Origin: an uncultured Desulfospira sp.
GTDB taxonomy: Bacteria > Desulfobacterota > Desulfobacteria > Desulfobacterales > Desulfobacteraceae
Direction of reading: 5' to 3'
Length of the DNA: 64,000 bases
NCBI GenBank assembly: GCA_963663165.1
Contig: OY760175.1
Coordinates: forward strand, 5,120,001-5,184,000
Shown here: piece after piece, positions 1 through 9,334 of the stretch
Numbering within the stretch: position 1 is the first letter of the stretch
How the letters are laid out: the number at the start of each line of letters is the position of its first letter
The notes under the pieces: generated by a model
The model's database searches: none
Told to the model about the DNA's origin: nothing
Seen by the model: only the letters and a program-made list of their open reading frames with translations
Translations under genes and position numbers: made by a program

Positions 1-1
1 C

Positions 2-541
2 AACGGGGCTTCGGTTGAGCGGGAAATCCCCTTCAGACTGGATGGCAAGAAAAAACTGGTGCTTTCGCTGTTCAGGCCGGATTTTACTACGGCAAGGCGG
101 ATGGCCGATACCATTAACGCGTCTTTGGGGCAGGACATCGCCAAGACCGTTGATGCCGGGACCATCAACCTGAATGTACCTGAATTTATGCAGGAGGCAA
201 AAGTTGCGGAATTTATATCCGATATTGAGCGGCTGACCGTGATTCCCGATGCCGTGGCCAAGGTGGTCATCAACGAAAAAACCGGGACCGTGGTTATTGG
301 CAGCGATGTCACCATCTCAAGTGTTGCCATTGCCCACGGCAACCTTTCCGTGACCATAGAAGATGAAGAAGGGGGCGGACCGGGAAATGAAGAACGGGTC
401 ATGACTCTGGACGGCACCGCCACCATCGGTGAACTGGTCCGGGGGCTCAACTCTCTTGGCGTGGCGCCAAAGGACCTTATTGGTATTTTGGAAAGCATCA
501 AGGCGGCCGGGGCACTGCAAGCCGAAATTGAAATATTATAA
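2..541 (+). CDS. flgI: Flagellar P-ring protein FlgI, C-terminal part (5' end outside window)
   Basis: Frame is open from the window start (NGASVEREIP...). Motifs PDFTTA, AKVVINEKTGTVVIG, AIAHGNLSVTI and the C-terminal LNSLGVAPKDLIGILESIKAAGALQAEIEIL are typical of FlgI. Confidence 0.95.
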   Translation, partial: NGASVEREIPFRLDGKKKLVLSLFRPDFTTARRMADTINASLGQDIAKTVDAGTINLNVPEFMQEAKVAEFISDIERLTVIPDAVAKVVINEKTGTVVIGSDVTISSVAIAHGNLSVTIEDEEGGGPGNEERVMTLDGTATIGELVRGLNSLGVAPKDLIGILESIKAAGALQAEIEIL

Positions 542-613
542 ATAGACTGAAGGCAGAAGGGGTTTAGGCCGGAGGTGCCGGTTTTTTCTTTTAACCCGGT
601 GAGGAGTTAAAAA

Positions 614-922
614 ATGGATATCAACAGTATTAATCAGGGTCTTGCGGTGGACCGGGTAAAAAATCTTGGCGGTAAGGCCGATGAGGCCGCTAAAGACAAG
701 GCCCTTAAGGAGGCATGCCAGGGGTTTGAGGCCATGTGGATCAATTCTATGGTCCAGGCCATGAGGGCCAGCCTGCCCGGGAATGCGCTTTTTCCTGAAA
801 CCAATGAATCGGATATCTTCCAGTCCCTTTCCGATCAGTATCTTTCCGATGAACTGGCCAAAGGAGACAACAGCCTGGGGTTTAAAGAGTATCTTTTCGA
901 ACAGCTCAGAGACGACATTTAG
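614..922 (+). CDS. flgJ: FlgJ N-terminal (rod-binding) domain protein, no muramidase domain
   Basis: LKEACQGFEAMWINSMVQAMR motif, 102 aa, follows flgI; GAGGAG RBS. Confidence 0.85.
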   Translation: MDINSINQGLAVDRVKNLGGKADEAAKDKALKEACQGFEAMWINSMVQAMRASLPGNALFPETNESDIFQSLSDQYLSDELAKGDNSLGFKEYLFEQLRDDI

Positions 923-931
923 CGGGGCTGG

Positions 932-1894
932 TTAACGGCCGAAGAATGCCGCTGTATATTTTAAGGCTGTAAACAGAATAATGCCAACCAGCATCCACTT
1001 GATTGCCCTGGCCGGAACAAATTTTTGACAGTATGCCCCAAGGTACATTCCCGCCATTCCCCCCAAACCAAATAAAGCACCGAGTAACCAGTCCGGCGCC
1101 ACGGATACATCAGGGTAGAACGGCGCAATGGCCTGGTAAAATATGACACCGGCCACCGAAGTCATGAGGGTTCCCATCAGGGCGGCGCCGGCCACCATAT
1201 AAACGGGCAGATTCCAGATCGCCACAATAAAGGGCGCGATGATGGCGCCTCCGCCAATTCCATAAATGCCGCCGATGATGCCGACAACAAAGCTAAGGGC
1301 AAAGATATTTATAAAAGGAATCTCAAACGTTTGGCCATAAAAACGGCCGCTGATCCGTTTGAAATCAAAGCGGTTTATGGTTACTTTTTCCAGGGATGTT
1401 GGATTGGAAACGTCCTGACCCACCGCATTATTATGAAAATGCCTGACCATCTGTTGAAATCGTTTCTCACTGTCGGCACCGCCCGTCTGTCCATTGTTTT
1501 TTCTTAGCAAACTCACGCCCATTTTAAGCCCGATATACCCCAGTATCATAGCGGCAAAAAGTTTAAATCGGGCGGGGTCCGGAAGATAAGAAATCCTTAT
1601 GAAGGCGCCGATAAACACCCCCGGCAGGGTACCCAGGACAATTCCCCAGGCCAGCGGCCAGAACATCCGGCCCTCTTTATAGTAGCGGTAAACACCGCTG
1701 GGGATGGCCACCAGGTTATACACTTGATTGGTTGCGCTGACGGACGGATTGACATAGCCAAGAACTGACATTTGAAAGGGCAACAGAAGAAAGGCCCCTG
1801 ACACCCCGGCCATGGATGTAAAAAATGAGATCCCAAATGCCACAAGGGGCGGCAGCCATGGGCTCACTTCAATTCCGGCGGTTTGAAAAATCAT
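932..1894 (-). CDS. TSUP (TauE/SafE) family membrane transporter
   Basis: Two hydrophobic halves with GVSGAFLLLPFQ and GGIYGIGGGAIIAP motifs. Start moved to ATG 1894 (MIFQTAG), which follows GGAGG. Confidence 0.85.
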   Translation of the reverse strand: MIFQTAGIEVSPWLPPLVAFGISFFTSMAGVSGAFLLLPFQMSVLGYVNPSVSATNQVYNLVAIPSGVYRYYKEGRMFWPLAWGIVLGTLPGVFIGAFIRISYLPDPARFKLFAAMILGYIGLKMGVSLLRKNNGQTGGADSEKRFQQMVRHFHNNAVGQDVSNPTSLEKVTINRFDFKRISGRFYGQTFEIPFINIFALSFVVGIIGGIYGIGGGAIIAPFIVAIWNLPVYMVAGAALMGTLMTSVAGVIFYQAIAPFYPDVSVAPDWLLGALFGLGGMAGMYLGAYCQKFVPARAIKWMLVGIILFTALKYTAAFFGR

Positions 1895-1918
1895 TTTTAC
1901 CTCCATGGGAAAATTTTT

Positions 1919-1957
1919 AACTAACACGATTATAATTATATTCGTGTTAGTTTGCAA
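1919..1957 (-). promoter_or_regulatory. Sigma70 promoter of the TSUP gene overlapped by an 11-bp-arm inverted repeat (operator)
   Basis: Minus strand reads TTGCAA-N17-TATAAT. Plus strand has AACTAACACGA-N12-TCGTGTTAGTT at 1919-1952, with perfect arms. Confidence 0.8.
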
Positions 1958-2097
1958 GCCCTCTGATGGTGATTGCCCGGAAAAATTTTAATGGGGTACC
2001 TTTCCGGTTCAATCATGATATAAGGATCAAGGATGTCCCGAGGTTATCCAATCGAATAACCGCTGTAACCCATATGGAAAATTAAATTCAGGAAAGC

Positions 2098-3144
2098 ATG
2101 AAACAACGGCAGATCACCTCAATCCCTGAAGAGAGCAGATATCTGAATTCCGCTCAACTTGACTTGATAGAGCAGTCATTCCGGGAATGGGCGGAGAAGA
2201 CCCCGCGCAAAGATGTCCGCCTGGCCCGGCAGCGGATTTTAATTATTTTCTTATTAATCCGGTACACCGGGGCGCGGTTGAATGAAGTTCTCGCCCTTAA
2301 CCCTTTCACGGACATTGATTTTAGTCAACACCTGGTGACTTTTGGCAGTGAAGGTCCGGAGATCAAAGGCGGGCCACGAAAGGTTCGAATTTCCACAAAG
2401 CTTTCTGCTGAGTTGAAAGACACCTTTGCGAATCCTTATTTTAAAACCTCTTTCAAAAGCCGGTTTAATGTAGACCCCGGGTTTGTCCGGCGAAAATTCT
2501 ATGAACGAGCCCAGGCCTGTGGTTTCCCCAAAAATCTTGGCGGCCCGGACGTGATTCGAAAATCCCGGGCCGTGGAGTTGATGCAGGGCAATATGCCCCT
2601 GCCGGCCGTCCAAAAGATGCTGGGCCATTCCACCCTTAACCCGGCGACTTCCTATGTGTCCTTTTCAACGGACGATATTCAGCGGGTCACGGAACTGTTC
2701 CTTGAAAGAGAGGCATCCCGGAAAACCAGTGCCCGCAATGCGTTTTTCGGTAAAATTGAAACCCTGCAAAAGGGGGATATCCAGACCCGGGTCACTTTGA
2801 CATCCATTGGCGGTTATGCCGTAACCACCGTGATCACCAATGACAGTGCCGAACAACTGGGATTAAAAAAGGGATTGTTGGTGACAGCACAAATCAAAGC
2901 CCCATGGGTTATTCTGTACAAAGGGGAAAAAGAGCCCCGGTGCAGTGCCGAGAATAAATTTTCCGGAACCGTTGAGCAGATCAGTGAAGGCAAAGTGAAT
3001 ACGGAATTTATTGTCCGCATAACCGACGGGACCCAATTGTGCGCGCTGGTTTCCACCAAAGGGGCCCGGCCGCTTGGCCTTGAGACCGGTGCACCGGTCT
3101 GGGCGGTCTTTAACTGTTTTGCCGTTATTCTGGATGTGGATTGA
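2098..3144 (+). CDS. TunR-family molybdate/tungstate-responsive regulator (XerC/D-like DNA-binding domain plus two TOBE domains)
   Basis: Recombinase boxes YTGARLNE and VQKMLGH...Y, then the ModE-like motifs TSARN and SAENKFSGTV with two TOBE repeats. Divergent from a TSUP gene, as known for the repressor subgroup of TunR. Confidence 0.8.
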   Translation: MKQRQITSIPEESRYLNSAQLDLIEQSFREWAEKTPRKDVRLARQRILIIFLLIRYTGARLNEVLALNPFTDIDFSQHLVTFGSEGPEIKGGPRKVRISTKLSAELKDTFANPYFKTSFKSRFNVDPGFVRRKFYERAQACGFPKNLGGPDVIRKSRAVELMQGNMPLPAVQKMLGHSTLNPATSYVSFSTDDIQRVTELFLEREASRKTSARNAFFGKIETLQKGDIQTRVTLTSIGGYAVTTVITNDSAEQLGLKKGLLVTAQIKAPWVILYKGEKEPRCSAENKFSGTVEQISEGKVNTEFIVRITDGTQLCALVSTKGARPLGLETGAPVWAVFNCFAVILDVD

Positions 3145-3145
3145 T

Positions 3146-3184
3146 AGGGAGACCGCAGACGGGAGACGGGAGACCGGATGCGGA
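3146..3184 (+). repeat. GGAGACS heptamer array (left arm)
   Basis: gggagaccgcagacgggagacgggagaccggatgcgg. Confidence 0.7.
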
Positions 3185-3436
3185 ATCACCAGTTATCGCC
3201 TGTGAAGCGTCTGTTTTCAAAATGTTGGCAGGAATTATTTTACGTTAAGGCTTAAATTGAAATACGAAAATTCATAATTCAAAAATTAAAATAAACGCAT
3301 GAACATGTACCTAAAAAGCCAATATATCAACATGAGGACAAATGGGGCAGATTACTATAACCATTTGATAGTATTCAAATATTTACGGTTCACAAATCCG
3401 TTGGGCATAAAGAAAAGTATTGAATAGGTTTTTGTC

Positions 3437-4177
3437 ATGAAAATAAACATTATCGGCATTGATTGTGCCACTGATCCCAAAAACGTGGGCATCGCATTTG
3501 GTACGTTCTCTAATGGGCATACCGTCGTGAAACGAGTCAAACAGGGAACTCGTCAAGAAGAACCTGTTGAGATTGTGGCCTCTTTTCTCGGGGGTCAAAA
3601 GGCCCCAACACTGCTTGCATTGGATGCACCTCTTGGTTGGCCCAATGCATTGGCTGAAGAGTTACAGAACCATACTGCAGGGGAAAAATTTAAGGTCTCA
3701 GCCAATTCACTGTTCCGACGATATACAGACCTGTTTATCAAAGAGAAGATAGGGAAACAATCTCTTGATGTTGGTGCCGATCGAATCGCCCGTACGGCAT
3801 ATTCTGCTTTGGATTTATTGGATCGTTTGAGCCAGATTCTTGGACAAAACATTAGGTTGGCATGGGAGCCGGAGATTAATGGGGTGAGAGCTATAGAAGT
3901 CTATCCTGCCGCTACTCTCATTGCCCATGGAATTGATACACGAGGGTATAAAGCAGCGAATGGTAAGGCTGAACGACAAAAAATTATTGAGGCCCTTAAA
4001 TTACGTTTAACCGTTTCAGTCGAAATTCCTAACATAGAAAAGAGTTCTGATAGTGTGGATGCAGTGGCATGTGTACTTGCTGGGCAGGATTTCCTTTCTG
4101 GTCTTACCTTTCTACCATCTGGTGATAAACCAGTAGTTAAAGAGGGGTGGATTTGGGTCCGTCAACCTAGTGCCTAA
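3437..4177 (+). CDS. DUF429-like predicted RNase H-fold nuclease; AT-rich gene
   Basis: Motifs IIGID, LDAPLGWP, R.TD, IEVYPAATL and DAVACVLA. Codon usage is visibly more AT-rich than in the flanking genes. Confidence 0.75.
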   Translation: MKINIIGIDCATDPKNVGIAFGTFSNGHTVVKRVKQGTRQEEPVEIVASFLGGQKAPTLLALDAPLGWPNALAEELQNHTAGEKFKVSANSLFRRYTDLFIKEKIGKQSLDVGADRIARTAYSALDLLDRLSQILGQNIRLAWEPEINGVRAIEVYPAATLIAHGIDTRGYKAANGKAERQKIIEALKLRLTVSVEIPNIEKSSDSVDAVACVLAGQDFLSGLTFLPSGDKPVVKEGWIWVRQPSA

Positions 4178-4265
4178 TTGAACGTTTCCAACCGATACAA
4201 ATTAGTACTGATTCCATTTGTCTGTAGGGTAGAAGTTAACTTATCCCAACCATTCCCCTAAATAA

Positions 4266-4338
4266 CCGCAACATCCGGTCTCCCACTTCCCGGTCTCCCG
4301 TCTCCGTTTTTCGGTCTCACGTTTCCGGTTTCCAGTCT
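4266..4338 (-). repeat. GGAGACC/GGAAACC heptamer array (right arm, inverted relative to 3146-3184)
   Basis: ccgcaacatccggtctcccacttcccggtctcccgtctccg...cggtctcacgtttccggtttccagtct. Confidence 0.7.
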
Positions 4339-4347
4339 TCTCCCCTC

Positions 4348-4363
4348 CGGCATAATAGTTGCA
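4348..4363 (+). promoter_or_regulatory. Sigma54 promoter of flgN-flgK-flgL-csrA-fliW
   Basis: CGGCATAATAGTTGCA (GG-N10-GC). Confidence 0.7.
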
Positions 4364-4486
4364 ACATTTATAAATAAGCATGAAAAAACGGCCGAATCCG
4401 GGAAAAATTTTCCCGGCGATCCGGCTTAAAGGCGATGTAACCCCTTAATTATAAATGGGTATAGAAAGCAACAGGGAGAAAATGAC

Positions 4487-4984
4487 ATGGAAAAAATTGC
4501 CCGGGAAATAGAAAAGATCCTTGAAGAAAAGCAAGCCTGCTACGAGGAACTTAAAAACGTCCTGACCCAGGAAAAGGGCCATATTGCCGCCATGGATGTG
4601 GATGCCCTGTGGTCCACCACCCGGACCAAAAAAGAGCTGGGCCGGAAAATAGAAGCCTTACGGCAGGATATTCTTACCCTTGCCGGAAAAATTGACCCGG
4701 ACGGGGAGGTGCCTGACTTTTCCCTTGCCGATGTCATCAAGGCGCTTTCTGTTGGAAGTAAGATGAGGTCCAGGCTTCTTTCTGCCAAAGCCAGGCTGGA
4801 TGTGTCCAAAAAAGCCGTTGCCCAGTCTGCCCAGGCCAACCGGACCCATGTGTCCCGGTACCTGACCGTGGTGGACGAGGTAATGGGCATTATTGTGAAT
4901 CATTCCAAACAGGACCAGTATACCAGAAAAGGGGTGATTCCTGAAAACAGAGAGCGAAACCGCCTGTTTCAGGCAGAGGTGTAA
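4487..4984 (+). CDS. flgN: Flagellar export chaperone FlgN
   Basis: Helical 165-aa protein directly upstream of flgK, with a C-terminal Y...G motif. Confidence 0.75.
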   Translation: MEKIAREIEKILEEKQACYEELKNVLTQEKGHIAAMDVDALWSTTRTKKELGRKIEALRQDILTLAGKIDPDGEVPDFSLADVIKALSVGSKMRSRLLSAKARLDVSKKAVAQSAQANRTHVSRYLTVVDEVMGIIVNHSKQDQYTRKGVIPENRERNRLFQAEV

Positions 4985-4987
4985 ATT

Positions 4988-7900
4988 ATGTCCGGCTTAT
5001 CGTCTACCTTAAGCATTGCCAAAACCGCATTAAGCGCCCAGCAGTACGGGATCAATGTCACCGGTAACAACATTGCCAATGTCAACAACGAAGATTACAG
5101 CATTCAGAACGCCGATCATACCACCACGGCATCAGTTTTTTACAATGGCTATGTCCTCGGGACCGGTGTGGACGTTGAACAGGTGGAACAGACCGTTGAC
5201 CAGCTTCTGGAAAACCGGCTGACCGATGAACAGTCCACCCTGGCCGCCTATGAAGAAATGGCCTCTTATCTGGAAATTCTGGAAGGATACTTTGATGAGA
5301 GTTCCGATACCAGCCTGGCCAGTGTGTTAAGCGATTACTGGAATACCTGGCACGATCTGGCCGACAACCCTCTGGGCAGCGCGGAACGGAACCTGGTGTA
5401 TGAACAGGGCAATCTTCTGGCCGAGCGTTTCAACACCATCGGTACGGAGCTTGATGAGCTGGCCAATGATCTGACCAATGAAATCTCAACCGGGGTAAAC
5501 GATATCAATATCCTGGCCCAGGAGATTGCCAATTTAAACAAAGAGATCATCAACCTGGAGGGGAATACCGCCACGGCCAACGATTTAAGGGACCAGAGAA
5601 ATGCCCTGATCGATGAGCTCGGGGAGTTGATTGATGTGGATGTGATCACCGGTGAAGACGGGGATGTGATTATTAATGTGGCCAACGGGGCCCCCCTGGT
5701 CAACGGGGTGAATTATTACAGCCTGGTCATGGATGAAGGGCAGGTCATGTGGGTGGGCTCCACGGGGTACCGGCTGAATATCACCGATGATATTTCCGGC
5801 GGCAAGCTGGCCGGGTGGCTCAATATCCGGGACGAGACCATCCCCAAGTACCGGGCGGAAATCGACGAGCTGGCCTCTGAAATGATCTGGGCCATGAACT
5901 ATCAGCAGTCCCAGGGCGTGGGGCTGACCTATTACAACGGCTCTTTGACCGGCACCTATGCCGTGGACGACAGCGGATGGCTGTCCAGTTTCAGTTTCGG
6001 CAATAAAATTAACTATGACGGGGATACCACGGTCTGGGTGGAGGACAACTCTTCAGCGGAAACCGCCTACCGGAAAATCATGATTGACATGGGGATTTCC
6101 ACCGCATCTTTAAGCGACTGGGAAGGGACCACTCCCGGGGCCGGTGAAGTCAGCTATGAACTGACCGTGGTGGATGAAGGCGATATCGGTGACAAACTGG
6201 TGACCGAATCCTGTGCCGAAAACCTGGCCAAAGTCTGGGGAACCTCTTCAGGGGGCGCTGTCACGGTTCTGGACAGTATCCTGGCGGAGCAGACCATCAC
6301 CGTTTACGGGGCAGATGTGGGCACCCAGACCGTTAAGATTGCCGACAGCGGCGGAGATGCCATCCGGTCGGCCGCTTCCATTGCCGAGGCCTTGGATGCC
6401 CTGGACGGGGTGGCAGCCTATGCCTCTTCCAATTCCGTTGAATTTGATCTTTCCGGCATTTCAGGGGCTGAGGACGGGGATGAGGTCATATACTCCCTTT
6501 ATGTGGACGGAATTGTTTATGAACAAAGCTTTATTGTAGACTCCGGCGCAGGCACCCCTGATGAACAGTTTGAGGATTCACTGGTGGAAGCGGTCCAGGC
6601 ATTGAACGAATTAAACGGTGATACCGATCTTTATGCCGACGGCCTGGTGTTGACCAGCGATAAAGGGGCCACCTTAGGGATTCAGGATTTTGAAATTCAG
6701 GACAATGCGGGTATTGAGCTGGACAACTTTACCAATTTTGATGCCACCGATGTGGTGGAGCTGACCATTACAACCGATGGCGTTCCCACCACCAGCACCA
6801 CCATTTCAGTGGACCTTACCGGGGTGTCTGATATCACTGACCAGGACGAACTTTCCCAGGTGTTTTACGAGGCCTTTGCCGAGGCCCTGCCCGAAGGCAC
6901 CTTTACCGTTGAACTGAATACGGCCAGCGAATCCGTGATTATCAGGACCATTGACGGGTCTAATATTACCCTGTCCGGCGCCACTGACGACACGGGCAAT
7001 GACGCCACCATTGATGTGGCCAACCTGGCCGGCACCACCTCCTCGGGCACCGGCAACTCCATTCTCGAATTTGACGCCACGGGCAGTGATGTGGAAACCT
7101 TTAATTCCGATACCAGCACAGCCGACACCTTGGCATTTTCCATGCTTTCCGCCGCAACGTCCATGGCCGGGGCCACGGCCGTGGTCAATGAGGCATCCTA
7201 CACCGGCGCCGGCGCCACCACAGCCGCCGCCATTATGGGTACGGTAACCATTCTGACCGATGACGGCATGGGCATGCAGTCTACCGCCAAAACCGCCCAG
7301 GGTCTGTTCGGCTCTTCGGGCACTGCTGAAACGGGAAGTTCCATCATGACCCTTGGCGGGGAGGGCGGATTTGAAGACTTTACAGCAGGGGAAACCATAT
7401 CCTTTGATGTGGACGGACAGACCGTCAGTTTTGTGGTGTCAACGGCGGCCGGCGGCACCACTGACTATGCCCTGGCCACCCAGCTGATGACGGCGCTTGG
7501 GGCGGTTTTAAGTTCAGAAGACTACGCCCTTGTCCAGAACGGCTGTTCCGTATCCATTATCAAGGATTCATCCCTGGAAGACCCCATTGAGATTACCGAT
7601 TTTGAGGAAACCGGCAGCGGAGATGCTGTGCTGGCCGTCTCAACCGGGGGGGGGACCGGAACCGAAGATCCGGAAAACGGGTCCCTGGAGTCAGGAAACG
7701 AGTATAAGAATTTTTCCACCGCCTCTTTGTATGACAACGAAGCCATCATTTACTGGCAGAAAAAAACCAAAGACGGCATATTGACCGGCGAGAGCGGCCT
7801 GGTTACGGTGACTGAAGAAGGCCGGGTGGAGATTGTGGAAGGGGGCGGGGTTACCCTTACCTTTGAGGTGGCCGACGGGAGTCTGGTGGCCGGCAATACC

Positions 7901-9241
7901 CTGACCGTGAATACCGATGTCAACGGGGAACCGGATCCTTTGGAGTTCACCGTGAGCAAGGAAGGCAACAGCGTCAACGATATTTACTATTTTGAAGTGG
8001 TCTCCGGGGGAACCGTGGGGGTTGAGGCTGCAGAAGATGAAGAGCCCCTGGTCATTCAATGGTCCAATTCCGTTTCTTCCGGCAGGTTTATCCTGGAAGG
8101 CGATGACCCGCCACGGACACCCGAGTCCCCCATAGAGGTGGAAGTGGACGGCATGACCTTAAGCTTTTATGACGGGACCTTGTTTACCGGGGATGTGTTC
8201 ACCGTTACCACGGATGAGTCCGGGGTGCCGGTGTCCTCTAACGGGGATGGAAAGGCCACCGGGGAAACCATGTCTGACTGGCACTGGACCCTGGAATCCT
8301 TTGCCGATCAGTTCAACCGGGAGGCCAGCGGGCTGACCGCCTCGGTCACTTCGGGCAGTCAGCTCAAGATCGAGGCGTCCCATGATTACCATGTGCTTGA
8401 AAATATCCAGTACTCGGGCCAGAACGGTTTCAGTGAGGACAATATCACCATTGAGGTTCTGAACTGGGCCGCCCTGGATTTTAATGCCAATGACCTGGAG
8501 TTTATCAGGAACGCCAACGGGGAATGGGGTATCTTAAGCGACGCCACCGGCGGCGTGGCTCAGCTCATGCCCGAAGGCGGGGATGACGACGGGTTTATGG
8601 TGGATCTGGACGGCGACGGGATCGGGGACCTTGAAATCAATTTTGCCAAAGCCATCACCGGCCAGGGGTCTGTCACTTTTGACCTGGTGTCCCGGGACGC
8701 AGCCGACATCAATTTTGCATTCGGGGATGATGAATCCACTGATTCAGGGCTGCTGGCGGCGGCCGGCATCAATACCTTTTTTGAGGGGTCTGATGCGTTG
8801 ACCATGGAAATGAACTCGGTGCTTCAGGATATCAACTATATTGCCGCCGGGGTGATTGATGCCAGCACCGGGAAGGTGACCCAGGGAAGCAACGAAAATG
8901 CCGTGGCCTTTACCGAATTACAGGATACCACCCTGACCATGAAACAATGGACCTTTACCCGGGGGGAATCGGCCACGTCAAGCCTGACCGACACCACCCT
9001 GGACAGCTATTACCATACCATTGTCAGTTCCCTTGGCCTTGAAGCCAGCAATGTTTATGGATCACTGGAGTATGCGGAACTGATGGTCAACCAGCTCACA
9101 GACCAGAGAAACACGGTGTCGGCGGTTTCCCTGGACGAAGAAATGGTCAACCTGATTAAATACCAGCAGGCGTTTTCAGCGGCATCCAAACTGCTCACCA
9201 CGGCGGATGACATGCTCAATACCCTGTTGTCTATTAGGTAA
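4988..9241 (+). CDS. flgK: Hook-associated protein FlgK, 1417 aa with large insertions
   Basis: N-terminal VTGNNIANVN and GTGV; NDLRDQR; C-terminal VSAVSLDEEMVNLIKYQQAFSAASK. Confidence 0.95.
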   Translation: MSGLSSTLSIAKTALSAQQYGINVTGNNIANVNNEDYSIQNADHTTTASVFYNGYVLGTGVDVEQVEQTVDQLLENRLTDEQSTLAAYEEMASYLEILEGYFDESSDTSLASVLSDYWNTWHDLADNPLGSAERNLVYEQGNLLAERFNTIGTELDELANDLTNEISTGVNDINILAQEIANLNKEIINLEGNTATANDLRDQRNALIDELGELIDVDVITGEDGDVIINVANGAPLVNGVNYYSLVMDEGQVMWVGSTGYRLNITDDISGGKLAGWLNIRDETIPKYRAEIDELASEMIWAMNYQQSQGVGLTYYNGSLTGTYAVDDSGWLSSFSFGNKINYDGDTTVWVEDNSSAETAYRKIMIDMGISTASLSDWEGTTPGAGEVSYELTVVDEGDIGDKLVTESCAENLAKVWGTSSGGAVTVLDSILAEQTITVYGADVGTQTVKIADSGGDAIRSAASIAEALDALDGVAAYASSNSVEFDLSGISGAEDGDEVIYSLYVDGIVYEQSFIVDSGAGTPDEQFEDSLVEAVQALNELNGDTDLYADGLVLTSDKGATLGIQDFEIQDNAGIELDNFTNFDATDVVELTITTDGVPTTSTTISVDLTGVSDITDQDELSQVFYEAFAEALPEGTFTVELNTASESVIIRTIDGSNITLSGATDDTGNDATIDVANLAGTTSSGTGNSILEFDATGSDVETFNSDTSTADTLAFSMLSAATSMAGATAVVNEASYTGAGATTAAAIMGTVTILTDDGMGMQSTAKTAQGLFGSSGTAETGSSIMTLGGEGGFEDFTAGETISFDVDGQTVSFVVSTAAGGTTDYALATQLMTALGAVLSSEDYALVQNGCSVSIIKDSSLEDPIEITDFEETGSGDAVLAVSTGGGTGTEDPENGSLESGNEYKNFSTASLYDNEAIIYWQKKTKDGILTGESGLVTVTEEGRVEIVEGGGVTLTFEVADGSLVAGNTLTVNTDVNGEPDPLEFTVSKEGNSVNDIYYFEVVSGGTVGVEAAEDEEPLVIQWSNSVSSGRFILEGDDPPRTPESPIEVEVDGMTLSFYDGTLFTGDVFTVTTDESGVPVSSNGDGKATGETMSDWHWTLESFADQFNREASGLTASVTSGSQLKIEASHDYHVLENIQYSGQNGFSEDNITIEVLNWAALDFNANDLEFIRNANGEWGILSDATGGVAQLMPEGGDDDGFMVDLDGDGIGDLEINFAKAITGQGSVTFDLVSRDAADINFAFGDDESTDSGLLAAAGINTFFEGSDALTMEMNSVLQDINYIAAGVIDASTGKVTQGSNENAVAFTELQDTTLTMKQWTFTRGESATSSLTDTTLDSYYHTIVSSLGLEASNVYGSLEYAELMVNQLTDQRNTVSAVSLDEEMVNLIKYQQAFSAASKLLTTADDMLNTLLSIR

Positions 9242-9252
9242 GCCACTATCTT

Positions 9253-9322
9253 TTAGCCGTTAGCCATTAGTTAACCGCAACTAAAAAGCTAACCGCTAAT
9301 AGCTAAAAGCTAATAGCTAACG
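9253..9322. repeat. Inverted TTAGCNN / GCTAANN heptamer arrays between flgK and flgL
   Basis: ttagccg ttagcca ttagtta ... gctaacc gctaata gctaaaa gctaata gctaacg. Confidence 0.7.
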
Positions 9323-9334
9323 AAAGGAGGACTC

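Noticed and set aside
2098..3144. Integron or phage integrase marking a mobile island
   Set aside because: The C-terminal TOBE domains and the divergent TSUP gene with its operator fit a TunR-type regulator; there is no IntI-specific insertion or N-terminal SAM-like domain.
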